From: a virus
Virus record (IMG/VR): IMGVR_UViG_3300045988_038410
Reading direction: 5' to 3' (one strand)
Length of the DNA stretch: 37,482 nt
Both the position numbers and the translations under genes were made by a program. Positions 8,570-16,857 of the stretch are shown here, one piece after another. Under the pieces are notes generated by a model. The model saw only the letters and a program-made list of their open reading frames with translations, did not search any database and had not been told where the DNA came from. The stretch's first letter is position 1; every line of letters begins with the position of its first letter.

Positions 8570-10258
8570 TTACGCCTTGGCGGTCACGCTGCCGGAGCCA
8601 ACGGCCACGGCCTTGCCGTCCGCGTTGACCTCAACGACGGTGATGGTCGCGCCGGTCGTGGCGCTCTTGACGGTTTTATTCGCGGGCAGATCCGTCCAGC
8701 TCTTATCGATGGTCTCGCCGTTCGCCACAGGCACGGCCTGACCGCCGACCTGGTATTTCAGCGTGCCGGAGCCGTTGCCGGCCACCGTTACGGTGCTGTC
8801 GCCGGACGCGCCGGTGCCGGCTGCCGTCGTCACGATTAGAGTGCCGAGCGGATCGTTTGCGAGATTCGGCGCGAAGGAGATCGAGGTCGTGGGCGCGGTG
8901 TTGTGGAAGTTCACAAGCACGAACGCTTCGCCGCGTGCGGGCTTGCCGTCATAGCGGCCAATGGAGCGGTATACCGTCATATTGCGGAGGAAGAACGGGA
9001 TATCAGACGACGCAATGGATGCGCCTTCGCGCTCCGACATGCGCATCAGACTGCCGAAGCCTCCGGCGATGTCGTTGTCGGCCATGAAGTCAAGTTCGAT
9101 AATGTCGCCGCCGACGATCGGGAAGGTGTTATTGATGCCGGCAGTGATCGCAGCAGCAGAGTCAAATGCAAGGGCTTTTGCCATCAGCCGGATATGGGTC
9201 TTCCGGTTCATGACCCAGAACACACGGCCGTCCGAATACTTCGGGTCAGCAATGCCGAGCGCCTCAATCAGCGTGCCGAAGAACGCCGCGCCGGAAGTGG
9301 AGTCAATATCCAGTTTGAGGATATGGCTCGAATGCAGATCCTTAAAATCACCCTGGTCGTTATTCCACCACTCAGGCTGCGCAGAAGCAGCAAGACGGGT
9401 GATAAAACCGACCGGCATTTTTTTGCCTGTGCCGTAAACGATCGCCTTGTCCAGCCCGCGTGCGTTTGCTTCGCCCATGGCGTTGAGGATGCTGGTCAGG
9501 AGCTGGAGATCCGAGTCATCCTCAAGCACCGCGTTGGAGATGGCAATGTAGCCGGCGAGCATGTAGCCGTCCATTTCCAGCTGAGTAAAATCCATAACAA
9601 TTTCGTTGATGTTTGCAAGCATCTCAGACCAGACGGCCTCGCAACCAGTTCCGGCGACATTCTGGCGAGCGTGCCCGCGGATGGCCTCACTGTGGACATA
9701 CGGCCACAGTTTGGAGTTCTGGTAGGTCAGATCGCGCAGGATCTGCATGAACTCGGTCGGGATGCCAAGCTTAGCGCCAGTCACGCTGTTCTGCTGCGCA
9801 CGGAGCTGGCGGACCCGCTGAAGGAACTCCTTTGTGCTGTCGCGGGTCAGCAGCGCGTCGCGCTCCTGATAGGTGAGGCCGAACCAACGGCGCTCCGGGT
9901 TGTTGATAGGCATGGAATGATTACTCCTTTCGGTGTTGGTGGTTCCGGTCGGCTCTGCCGCCGGGGGGTCAGCTGCGGGCGGCGTCTGCGCTTCTTCCAG
10001 ACTGCGGATTTCTTCGTTAATCTCGTTGATCCGTTCCTGCACACGGGTGATGTCCGCGGCGTTCGCGCTGCGCTCCTGCTCAAAAGCATTCACAGCGGCC
10101 TCAACGACGCTGCGCTCCTCATCGGTCTGCGCCTCGGCGATGTCATGCTCCAGCTCCGCTTCGCGGGCCGCGAAGCCGTCGCGCGTGGTTTCGAGCGTCT
10201 GAAGCTCAGTCTGCAGCGGTGCAAGACGGCTCCGCAGCAGCAAAACTTTTAATGCCAT
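8570..10258 (-). CDS. HK97-fold major capsid protein with N-terminal coiled-coil (delta/scaffold-like) region and C-terminal Ig-like extension, 562 aa
   Basis: Follows the prohead protease. The N-terminus is a coiled coil followed by a Pro/Ala linker, and the core is of typical length. An extra ~95-aa Thr/Gly/Val-rich beta domain sits at the C-terminus. Confidence 0.88.
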   Translation of the reverse strand: MALKVLLLRSRLAPLQTELQTLETTRDGFAAREAELEHDIAEAQTDEERSVVEAAVNAFEQERSANAADITRVQERINEINEEIRSLEEAQTPPAADPPAAEPTGTTNTERSNHSMPINNPERRWFGLTYQERDALLTRDSTKEFLQRVRQLRAQQNSVTGAKLGIPTEFMQILRDLTYQNSKLWPYVHSEAIRGHARQNVAGTGCEAVWSEMLANINEIVMDFTQLEMDGYMLAGYIAISNAVLEDDSDLQLLTSILNAMGEANARGLDKAIVYGTGKKMPVGFITRLAASAQPEWWNNDQGDFKDLHSSHILKLDIDSTSGAAFFGTLIEALGIADPKYSDGRVFWVMNRKTHIRLMAKALAFDSAAAITAGINNTFPIVGGDIIELDFMADNDIAGGFGSLMRMSEREGASIASSDIPFFLRNMTVYRSIGRYDGKPARGEAFVLVNFHNTAPTTSISFAPNLANDPLGTLIVTTAAGTGASGDSTVTVAGNGSGTLKYQVGGQAVPVANGETIDKSWTDLPANKTVKSATTGATITVVEVNADGKAVAVGSGSVTAKA

Positions 10259-10261
10259 TTA

Positions 10262-10843
10262 CTATGTACCTCCCAGTTTCTTTTTCATGTCGCTGCGCCA
10301 GGCCTCGGCGCGGCGTTTTTCGATTTCGGCCAGATCCTGCTTGCGGGCGCTGACGGACGTTTCCGTGTAGGCCGGAAACGTACAGACAGACACCTCGTAG
10401 AGAGGATCGACCTCTTCGATTTCCCAGCGACATTTTCCGTCGCCGAGATCCACAAAGGTTTCGCGTTTGATGTCAAATCCAAACGAGCACTGGTCAACGT
10501 CACCCCGCTGGACGCGGGCGTAGAGGTTCATGGCGTCAACGTCGTCCCGATTGATTCTGATGCTGCCCCAGAGGCCCCGCTCATCCTGCCGCAGCGTCAG
10601 CGTTCCGGCCTTCGTCCGGCCGAGCACAAGACTGGAATCGTGGTTGATGAGCGCCCGGACATCTCCGGAGACGGAATTGGTAAAAGCGCCCGGCTTTACG
10701 ATCTCGCTCGCGCCTTCCCAAAGCGGGTATTCGCTGTTGAAGACGGAGAAATAACCTTCGATGAACAAATCATCGTTGGCCGAGCGCGTCTGGAACTGCT
10801 GGGCTACGCAGCGCACCTGCCGCTGCTGGCGTTCATTCGGCAT
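10262..10843 (-). CDS. HK97-family prohead (maturation) protease, 193 aa
   Basis: The pattern FIEGYFSVFNSEY...PGAFTNS...LINHD..LVLGR is typical of S78-type prohead proteases. Lies between portal and capsid. Confidence 0.88.
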   Translation of the reverse strand: MPNERQQRQVRCVAQQFQTRSANDDLFIEGYFSVFNSEYPLWEGASEIVKPGAFTNSVSGDVRALINHDSSLVLGRTKAGTLTLRQDERGLWGSIRINRDDVDAMNLYARVQRGDVDQCSFGFDIKRETFVDLGDGKCRWEIEEVDPLYEVSVCTFPAYTETSVSARKQDLAEIEKRRAEAWRSDMKKKLGGT

Positions 10844-12014
10844 TGCCGTCGCCTCCTTCTAGTTTTTTCTGGTTGCCAATCATACCGCGAGGGATGTAGT
10901 TTTCGAGGATGACCAGCTCGTTCAGGCCCTTGCGCGGGCTGAGGCCGAGCCAATCGCGGGCCTCGTTGCCGTCCATCAGGCCGCGGATGTACTGATCGTC
11001 GGCCACGCTGGCCAGCTCCTGCAGAGTGTAGCTGTAAAGCCGGCGTGTGGACATCTGGAAATACATCTCCTCGGAGATCAGCAGTTTTCGCGTCAGTTCC
11101 TGGCAGATGATGTTGGAGATCGTGACTGCCGTGGTGCGGATCATGTGGTTGTGCTCCGCATCGGAATAACTGCCGACGCCAACCATATACGGCGTCACAC
11201 CGACCAAGGAAGCAACCTCGCGTTTGTCCAGTTCCACGCTGTCCTTGATGGCGAGATCCGTCAAGCTCAGGGGCTTGACCTGCTGCACCTCCATCAGCTC
11301 TGCCGGGATCACCCACGGCTCGCCCGCGGAGCTGCCGGACATATACTGATCGACCAGCCGCTTGCGTCCCGCCTCATCAGCAAATTCATCGGCCAGCGCA
11401 TCCACCTTGACGATCACGCTCGGCTTCCACTTGTCGGACATAAAGCCTTTTTTCGTGGCGGCCGCCTGCCGGAGATTCGAAGTCACGTCCCGGAGACTGA
11501 TTCGCAGGCCGATTCCCTGCCAGGGCTGCGCCGGATCGGGCCAGCGTTTGAAATGGAGCACGCTGTCGGACGCATAGCGCCGTCCCTGCCACATGACATA
11601 GTAGGTCAGGCCGTTATCGTCGCTCAGCGCATACGCGCCTGGCATCGGCTCCAGCTCGCTCAGGAGGCCACGCTCCGTGTGCGGCAGGAGAAAGGCACTT
11701 CCGGTCGAGGTCGTCAGCATCGTCCAGACGATCCAGGAGATCAGATCCTTGCGCGTCCCGTGCCGCCACGGGGAAATGTCCATGAAGCGCGCCAGCTGAT
11801 TGCGAACGCGGACGTCGCCGTCATCGGTGTTCCGCATGAGCTGGATCGTAGCGTTTGAGATAATATCAGCGAGGCCGCCGATGGCGGCAAGCACATCCGG
11901 ACTGTCAATTAACCGGGTATAACCGGGAACGGCCAACGTATCAGCGTCGATCGCGCCGATTATCCATTTTTGCAGCGCTGGGTCCATCCCTCTGCGCTGC
12001 GGCTTCACTCTCAA
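10833..12014 (-). CDS. Portal protein (HK97 family), about 393 aa
   Basis: Assignment rests on size and position after the terminase. The track start is a TTG, so the true start is uncertain (GTG at 12008 or ATG at 11987). Confidence 0.85.
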   Translation of the reverse strand: MRVKPQRRGMDPALQKWIIGAIDADTLAVPGYTRLIDSPDVLAAIGGLADIISNATIQLMRNTDDGDVRVRNQLARFMDISPWRHGTRKDLISWIVWTMLTTSTGSAFLLPHTERGLLSELEPMPGAYALSDDNGLTYYVMWQGRRYASDSVLHFKRWPDPAQPWQGIGLRISLRDVTSNLRQAAATKKGFMSDKWKPSVIVKVDALADEFADEAGRKRLVDQYMSGSSAGEPWVIPAELMEVQQVKPLSLTDLAIKDSVELDKREVASLVGVTPYMVGVGSYSDAEHNHMIRTTAVTISNIICQELTRKLLISEEMYFQMSTRRLYSYTLQELASVADDQYIRGLMDGNEARDWLGLSPRKGLNELVILENYIPRGMIGNQKKLEGGDGNAE

Positions 12015-14308
12015 TCTGCATCACCGTCCTTGTCTTTCTTGTCATACCAGCCTGCCGCCTTATTGCTGGCGGTCAGATCTTCGAGATAAGCGCAAACCGC
12101 AAACACCGAGGCATCAAAAAGGTCGATGCGGAGGTTTGGCTCGATTTTTTGATACATGACCATGTCGTCAGCCTTCTCAATGCCGGCAACGTTCTGTACG
12201 CAGTATTCGTACGGCTCCGCGTGCATGTAGTAGAGCGCTCCTTTCTTGGCGCTGGCCTCCAGATAGCGAAAACCCTCGGACTTCCGTGTGAACAGCTGCG
12301 GCTGATCCTTGATTGGGAAGCGTTCCTTCTGCATCTCCACGAAATACTCGCGGCAGAATTTCCGGTCGTGGCCGATGCGGCGGATCTTAAACCCATCGGC
12401 GCGCAGTTTTTTGTACCATTGCACCACATCATGGTGATTTGTGACCTTGTCGTTGGTCATGTCCAGCCAGCCATCCTCTTGCCAGCCGAACAGTGGAATT
12501 TGATCCTGCTGCGCCTTGACGATGGCGGCCGGCCGTGGGAACCATGCGTGCGGAATGATAATGTCCACGCCCTTGTAGTGACCGAAAAGGCAACCGGCCG
12601 TCAGGTCGTGCAGCTTCGAAAGGTCTGTGCCGCCATACCAACGGATAGGCAGCTTCGCGAGTTGCCGATAGTTCCAGTCGTACTTCTCGTCGCTCTTGCG
12701 GAACTCTTGGATGTCAAACCATGCCTTGATCGCGTTCGTTGTGACGTTCAGCGATTTATTGAGGAACTCTGGCCGGAGCGCCGGGTTTTCGGCGGCCATG
12801 GCTGCGTCGTTGATCATGTCCTGCGGGCGAATGGAGTAGCCCCAGCCCGGCGAGGCTGCTTTCAGCACAGCCGGATTATGCAGGTCAACATCGCCGTTTT
12901 CCAATGTCGGCGCGGAGCAGAGGAAGCAGAAGATGCTGTCTGCCGCGTTGCCGGTGACGGTCCCGCGCAGGATTTTCCGGCAATAGTCCAAGTGGCCGAG
13001 CAAAAAGCCGCGGGCATTGGGGCCGTTGGAAGAGATGATGATGACCAATTTGTTGGTGTACGCCTTGGTTGCGTCCTTCAGGATCTGATATTGCTGCGGG
13101 CTTTTGTAGGTGTGGGCCTCGTCAGCGATGACGATGTTGCAGTTAAAGGAATCCTGTTTATCAGGATTCGCGGCAAGGGCGTTGATCGAGATCATGCCGT
13201 CGCCGATGTCCCCGGAAATAGACCGCTCCATGTTGTTGTCGATGATGCGCAGCCCCTGGTTTGGATCGTCTCGGACTGTTACGCCGAGGCGGTTGAAGTT
13301 GTATTTGAGGAAGTCAAAACCTTCGAGCGCCTGTTTCAAAGCGCCGCCAACCTCATAGACTTTAGAGCCGGAGGCACGCTCATACATGGCTAGCGCTCCG
13401 GCCAGAGAGGCCGCGAAGGTCGTCTTGACGTTTTTGCGGGGGATAAAGTCCACAGCTTCCTTGAAGCGCCGGATCTTTGTATCCGGCAGATAAAAACCCA
13501 TCAGGTTGTAGACAATAAACTTGTGATAGGGGAGAAGCAGGAAGGGAGTACCGCGCAGCGGCGTCGCATCGAGGAATTCACCCTGCTGGTGGCAGAACAT
13601 CGTCTCGATGATTGCGATGATGTCGTTGGCCGGCTCTGCGCGGAAATCCCACTTGCCGGAACCAAGATCCGCGACATACCGTTTGCAGGACAGGACAACG
13701 TCTTCGCACAGCCCGGACTCCCCAGAGAGCACCGACTCGACAAAGGCGTCGACGTCGCGCTGATACTGCGCGCCCTGCTCTACGGCGTGGTCGTGCGCTG
13801 CCGTGAGCAGCTGCTCGATCTTGCTGTTCCCGGCCGCGGTCGGCTGGAGCTTCGACCTAGCCTTGTTCAGGCCGGTCGGCGTCAAGCCGAGCTGATTGCG
13901 GAGTGACTGCACCGTCGCGCGCAGATCTTCAACCGCCGTCCAGTATGGGCTTTTGGCCGTGTACTCCGCGCCGGTCTTGTTGACCATGGTGCAGATCCGC
14001 TGCCCGCCCTGTTTCTTCCACTCTTTCTCTGCGCGGGAGAGTTCGCGTTCCGTCTTGGCCAGCTGCTTGATTGTCGGCTCAAATATCTCGTTGTAGGTTC
14101 CGACCAGTTCCATGTCCTTTCGGATCATGTCCTCTCTGGCCAAGTGCTCACCTCCCGCATGTCGGAGACTCTGCCAGGCCCGGCGGCTCCGGGCCCAGTT
14201 AGGAGGATCTGAAGAGGCAATGGCGGCGTTCCCAATGTCGCTGCTGCCTGGCACAGCCTCCGACCGTTCGCGCAGGCGCGTCGTTTGCGCCCGCACTGCA
14301 TGATTCAA
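12011..14308 (-). CDS. Terminase: large subunit (Terminase_1-like) fused in frame to a P27-type small-subunit-like N-terminal region
   Basis: The large-subunit body starts near VESVLSGESGLCEDVVLSCKRYVADL...PRKNVKTT (Walker A-like). Upstream in the same frame, with no stop, is ...TYNEIFEPTIKQLAKTERELSRAEKEW...LRNQLGLTPTG, which resembles the P27 TerS C-terminus. The start could be ATG 14308, 14128 or 14113. Confidence 0.85.
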   Translation of the reverse strand: MNHAVRAQTTRLRERSEAVPGSSDIGNAAIASSDPPNWARSRRAWQSLRHAGGEHLAREDMIRKDMELVGTYNEIFEPTIKQLAKTERELSRAEKEWKKQGGQRICTMVNKTGAEYTAKSPYWTAVEDLRATVQSLRNQLGLTPTGLNKARSKLQPTAAGNSKIEQLLTAAHDHAVEQGAQYQRDVDAFVESVLSGESGLCEDVVLSCKRYVADLGSGKWDFRAEPANDIIAIIETMFCHQQGEFLDATPLRGTPFLLLPYHKFIVYNLMGFYLPDTKIRRFKEAVDFIPRKNVKTTFAASLAGALAMYERASGSKVYEVGGALKQALEGFDFLKYNFNRLGVTVRDDPNQGLRIIDNNMERSISGDIGDGMISINALAANPDKQDSFNCNIVIADEAHTYKSPQQYQILKDATKAYTNKLVIIISSNGPNARGFLLGHLDYCRKILRGTVTGNAADSIFCFLCSAPTLENGDVDLHNPAVLKAASPGWGYSIRPQDMINDAAMAAENPALRPEFLNKSLNVTTNAIKAWFDIQEFRKSDEKYDWNYRQLAKLPIRWYGGTDLSKLHDLTAGCLFGHYKGVDIIIPHAWFPRPAAIVKAQQDQIPLFGWQEDGWLDMTNDKVTNHHDVVQWYKKLRADGFKIRRIGHDRKFCREYFVEMQKERFPIKDQPQLFTRKSEGFRYLEASAKKGALYYMHAEPYEYCVQNVAGIEKADDMVMYQKIEPNLRIDLFDASVFAVCAYLEDLTASNKAAGWYDKKDKDGDAD

Positions 14309-14402
14309 TTTTCGCGCGCACCCGCGCGCCTCGGATCTCTTGCTTTACCCCCTCCGCCCGTTTTCCCGCCGTCGGAAAAGGGGGCCCACTCCGGTGCTTT
14401 TG

Positions 14403-14696
14403 TCAGAACGGCGGCGGCGCATCGGGAGGGGGGATCACTCGCCGCTGCCACGCGAGGCCGCGATCGGTCAGCTTGCCGGTCACGCGGTCGTGGAAGCTGT
14501 TGTGCGCTGCCTGACTCACAGCGATCAGATTCCAGCCGCACCATTGCCAGCCGGGGAAATCTTCCACCGGGTAGACGTGATGGGCAACGGTCGCCAGCTC
14601 GTTCCTGCCGAACCTTGCGGCCTCTCGGCATCGGTACTTGTCACGCCGGAGCACCGCGTCGCGCAGATGCAGCCAGCGTTTGCTTTTGTAATCCAT
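14403..14696 (-). CDS. HNH endonuclease, 97 aa
   Basis: The motif pattern RDKYRC...VAHHVYPVE...NLIAVSQAAHNSFH is HNH-like. It lies immediately upstream of the terminase, as in HK97-like cos phages. ATG at 14696 (the track start is a TTG). Confidence 0.85.
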   Translation of the reverse strand: MDYKSKRWLHLRDAVLRRDKYRCREAARFGRNELATVAHHVYPVEDFPGWQWCGWNLIAVSQAAHNSFHDRVTGKLTDRGLAWQRRVIPPPDAPPPF

Positions 14697-14700
14697 GGAC

Positions 14701-14741
14701 AAATAAAAAGCGCCATGACCTCACGACGGAGATCATGGCGC
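14701..14741 (-). terminator. Rho-independent terminator (minus strand)
   Basis: Stem AGCGCCATGA (14708-14717) pairs with TCATGGCGCT (14732-14741), followed on the minus strand by TTTTATT. Confidence 0.7.
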
Positions 14742-14770
14742 TCATGCCATCCGGCTATCACCTCGGGTGC

Positions 14771-14823
14771 AAAACAAAAGCGCCAAACGATCCTCCGTTT
14801 TCACGGTCAAATCATTTGGCGCT
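14771..14823 (-). terminator. Second terminator-like hairpin overlapping the stop of the KTR gene
   Basis: Stem AGCGCCAAA (14779-14787) pairs with TTTGGCGCT (14815-14823), with a 27-nt loop. It is followed on the minus strand by TTTGTTTT. Confidence 0.45.
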
Positions 14824-15060
14824 GGCACTAACTCGATGGTTTTGGCTCTGGCTCATATTCACGATCGACTCTCGCTTGCACAGCTTACAGTACAGCGGGA
14901 AGTCTGTCAGCACGGTCGTCGGCCGCACACGCTGCTGCGTCGGGCGCCCGCACAACGGGCAAATCAACTTCCCGTCTGCTGACACTAACAGTATATCACG
15001 CCGTTTCTCAGATTGCAAGTCCTTTTGTCGCTCCTTCCCAGTATTTATATATTGTTTCAA
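14812..15060 (-). CDS. Cysteine-rich KTR-domain-like protein, 82 aa
   Basis: The pattern LICPLCGRPTQQRVRPTTVLTDFPLYCKLCKRESIVN matches CPxCG...KTR...FPLYCxxCK of the Cys_rich_KTR family. GC content is locally low. Confidence 0.65.
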   Translation of the reverse strand: MKQYINTGKERQKDLQSEKRRDILLVSADGKLICPLCGRPTQQRVRPTTVLTDFPLYCKLCKRESIVNMSQSQNHRVSASAK

Positions 15061-15075
15061 GTCAAAATATAGATA

Positions 15076-15795
15076 TTAAGTTTGCAAAGCCGGGATTTCG
15101 AAATCGTAGGTCACAAAGGTTCCGTAACAGTTTTCGATACGTTCCGGGAACTTTCCACCCTCAAAGGCCGAAGCGCCTGGCGGCGGCGAGTAGTGCTCGC
15201 CCGGCGCAAGCTCAATGTCGTGACGCTCCGGCTGTACCAGTCCGAGACTTGGCGTCCACATCCGAGCGCCAACCCGGAGTTTGCCGGTCTTGCGCGGCTC
15301 CTTGGTCATGTACTGCGCGACGGCACGATAGCCGCCGAACTCCTCAATGGTCTGCACATCGACAAAGCCCTTGCCCCACAGCTCGCGGAATAATGCGATG
15401 TCGTTGCCCGGCGCGCGCTTGGTTACGAAGTGGTGATGGATGCGATGATCTCCGTGCAGACCCTCCATGACGTACACATAATCAAACGGAAGATCTTCTG
15501 CCCGGCGCGCCTGCCGCAGCTTGCGGAAGTAGGCCGGCTGATTCTTCCGAGCCGTCTCATAGTTCGGTGGAAGGAAGTCCTCGTCATAGGTCAGCGTCAC
15601 GAACCAATCATCCAGTGCAAAGTTCGCGTAAAGCAGAAATTCCAACCGCATGCAGGCAGTCTTAATGTTTACGGCCTCCCGTACAAGGCTCGTCTCAAAT
15701 TGCCGCGACGCCCGTGTCCGCTTTTGCTGCGGAGCCGCGGCCAGCTCAATGGCTCGGAACCGCGTCCCGGCCTGAAGCTCTATCACTCGACTCAT
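15076..15795 (-). CDS. HUH-superfamily rolling-circle Rep-like protein, 239 aa
   Basis: Motif 1-like FVTLTYD, a His cluster HRIHHHFV at the HUH position, and a Tyr motif AVAQYMTKEPRK (YxxK). ATG at 15795 with an AAAGGGATGA SD. Confidence 0.65.
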   Translation of the reverse strand: MSRVIELQAGTRFRAIELAAAPQQKRTRASRQFETSLVREAVNIKTACMRLEFLLYANFALDDWFVTLTYDEDFLPPNYETARKNQPAYFRKLRQARRAEDLPFDYVYVMEGLHGDHRIHHHFVTKRAPGNDIALFRELWGKGFVDVQTIEEFGGYRAVAQYMTKEPRKTGKLRVGARMWTPSLGLVQPERHDIELAPGEHYSPPPGASAFEGGKFPERIENCYGTFVTYDFEIPALQT

Positions 15796-15817
15796 GTTAT
15801 CATCCCTTTCTTTGTGT

Positions 15818-15841
15818 GCCAGCCCGGAGATCCGGGCTGGC
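15818..15841. other. Perfect 10-bp GC-rich hairpin just upstream of the Rep-like gene
   Basis: GCCAGCCCGG-agat-CCGGGCTGGC. No U-tract follows on either strand. Confidence 0.8.
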
Positions 15842-15907
15842 TATATCGTCCGGCTGATCCTCCCCGCCACGGCAATGGCATCCCGCGCGGGCAAAAGTCC
15901 AAATCAT

Positions 15908-16153
15908 TCATGTATCCGACCGGATTGATACCGAGGCCTTGGCTAAATCACAGGATGCCAGATAAAAAGCGTTGGACAAATCTTCGAAAGATTGCGTAGC
16001 CCCCAGAGGCGGTGGAACCATAATCCGACGCAACGCTTCAGCGCAGAGTTTGTCGATGTTTGGGGCACCGGGTGTTTTGCGCATGATCCGGTTGGCTTCG
16101 TTTCGGCTGACCCCGTCGGCCATCAGCAATTTACAGCATCGTTTCCGCGTCAT
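15908..16153 (-). CDS. Hypothetical early protein, 81 aa
   Basis: ATG at 16153 lies 9 nt after GGAGG. The N-terminus MTRKRCCKLLMADGVSRNEA resembles a recurrent Firmicutes-phage small protein. Confidence 0.6.
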   Translation of the reverse strand: MTRKRCCKLLMADGVSRNEANRIMRKTPGAPNIDKLCAEALRRIMVPPPLGATQSFEDLSNAFYLASCDLAKASVSIRSDT

Positions 16154-16313
16154 CTTCATAAACCTCCGTTTCTTCCGATTGCAGCGCGTCCAGCACAGCC
16201 TTTGAGCGGCGATACAGGCTCCGCGCCTTGAGCCAGACAACAACGCCCAGCGCGATCCACTCGATCAGCGCCAGCAGATTCAAAATATCAAGGATCATTT
16301 TCATTTCCTCCAT
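16131..16313 (-). CDS. Small membrane protein, 60 aa
   Basis: One hydrophobic helix (ILDILNLLALIEWIALGVVVWL) followed by an acidic tail. Confidence 0.55.
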   Translation of the reverse strand: MEEMKMILDILNLLALIEWIALGVVVWLKARSLYRRSKAVLDALQSEETEVYEDDAETML

Positions 16314-16343
16314 CCATTAAAACGCCCCCCAAGATTCCCGGCG

Positions 16344-16625
16344 TCATCCCAATGCTGGATTTTCCGGTCGCATGGTATCTTCCGATATTTTCATTTCCTC
16401 AATTTCTTGCTTAATTTTCTCCCATTCTTGAGCATACCACTTGTCACTCCGTGCGCGCCGTTCTTCCGGCGTTTCCGCGAAAAGGTCTACATTCTCCGGA
16501 ATGTCAAGGAGTTTCTTCGCGAATTTCTCCGCCGCAGCCTCCGGCGTTTCCGCGTCTGACTGAAGAAACGCTATCAGCAGCAGCGTATCGAAAACAAGGC
16601 CCCAGTCAGCGGCGCTTTCATTCAC
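16344..16625 (-). CDS. Hypothetical acidic early protein, about 93 aa
   Basis: Track ORF 16344..16649 trimmed to the GTG at 16625, which overlaps the upstream stop by 8 nt. The start is uncertain. Confidence 0.55.
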   Translation of the reverse strand: MNESAADWGLVFDTLLLIAFLQSDAETPEAAAEKFAKKLLDIPENVDLFAETPEERRARSDKWYAQEWEKIKQEIEEMKISEDTMRPENPALG

Positions 16626-16857
16626 CTTCCATCCCTCGTTCCCCCTCACAACTCGGCGTCACCAGCCGTTCCCGGTTCTCGCAAATCAGCTTCTCCGCTT
16701 CCCGCAGCGACACCGGCGAATAGTCCGCTTCACACCCGATCGCCGGTTCCACGAATCCGTCATGCGTTCCGTATGTTCCGGCGTGCTGCGCAAAGTCTCC
16801 CCCGTTTGGAAACCGAATCGCCCAGCCGTCGTGCAGCCGTTCCAGTCGGGCATCCAT
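16618..16857 (-). CDS. Hypothetical early protein, 79 aa
   Basis: ATG at 16857 lies 5 nt after GGAGG. The alternative overlapping frame 16686..17003 looks like a shadow ORF. Confidence 0.6.
   Translation of the reverse strand: MDARLERLHDGWAIRFPNGGDFAQHAGTYGTHDGFVEPAIGCEADYSPVSLREAEKLICENRERLVTPSCEGERGMEGE

Noticed and set aside
8903-10252. Very long plus-strand ORFs antisense to recognised genes (8903..10252, 449 aa; also 12149..13393, 20991..22610 and 23988..25208)
   Set aside because: Each lies entirely inside a minus-strand gene with clear family motifs (capsid, terminase, MTase/DUF3102, DnaB). Their translations are Arg/Ala/Gly/Leu-rich low-complexity strings, typical of shadow ORFs in ~60% GC DNA.
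14305-14631. 108-aa minus-strand ORF overlapping the HNH gene, and other alternative-frame ORFs (for example 16686..17003, 1124..1654, 2577..3155)
   Set aside because: They overlap better-supported genes in another frame and are Arg/Pro/Ser-rich, the usual off-frame signature in high-GC coding DNA.
14746-15865. Direct repeats flanking the Rep/KTR module as att-like insertion scars (TCCGGCTATCACCCTC near 14749 versus TCCGGCTGATCCTCCCC near 15849)
   Set aside because: Only about 7 contiguous identical bases and a gapped, imperfect match. This is indistinguishable from chance in GC-rich sequence without a statistical or comparative test.
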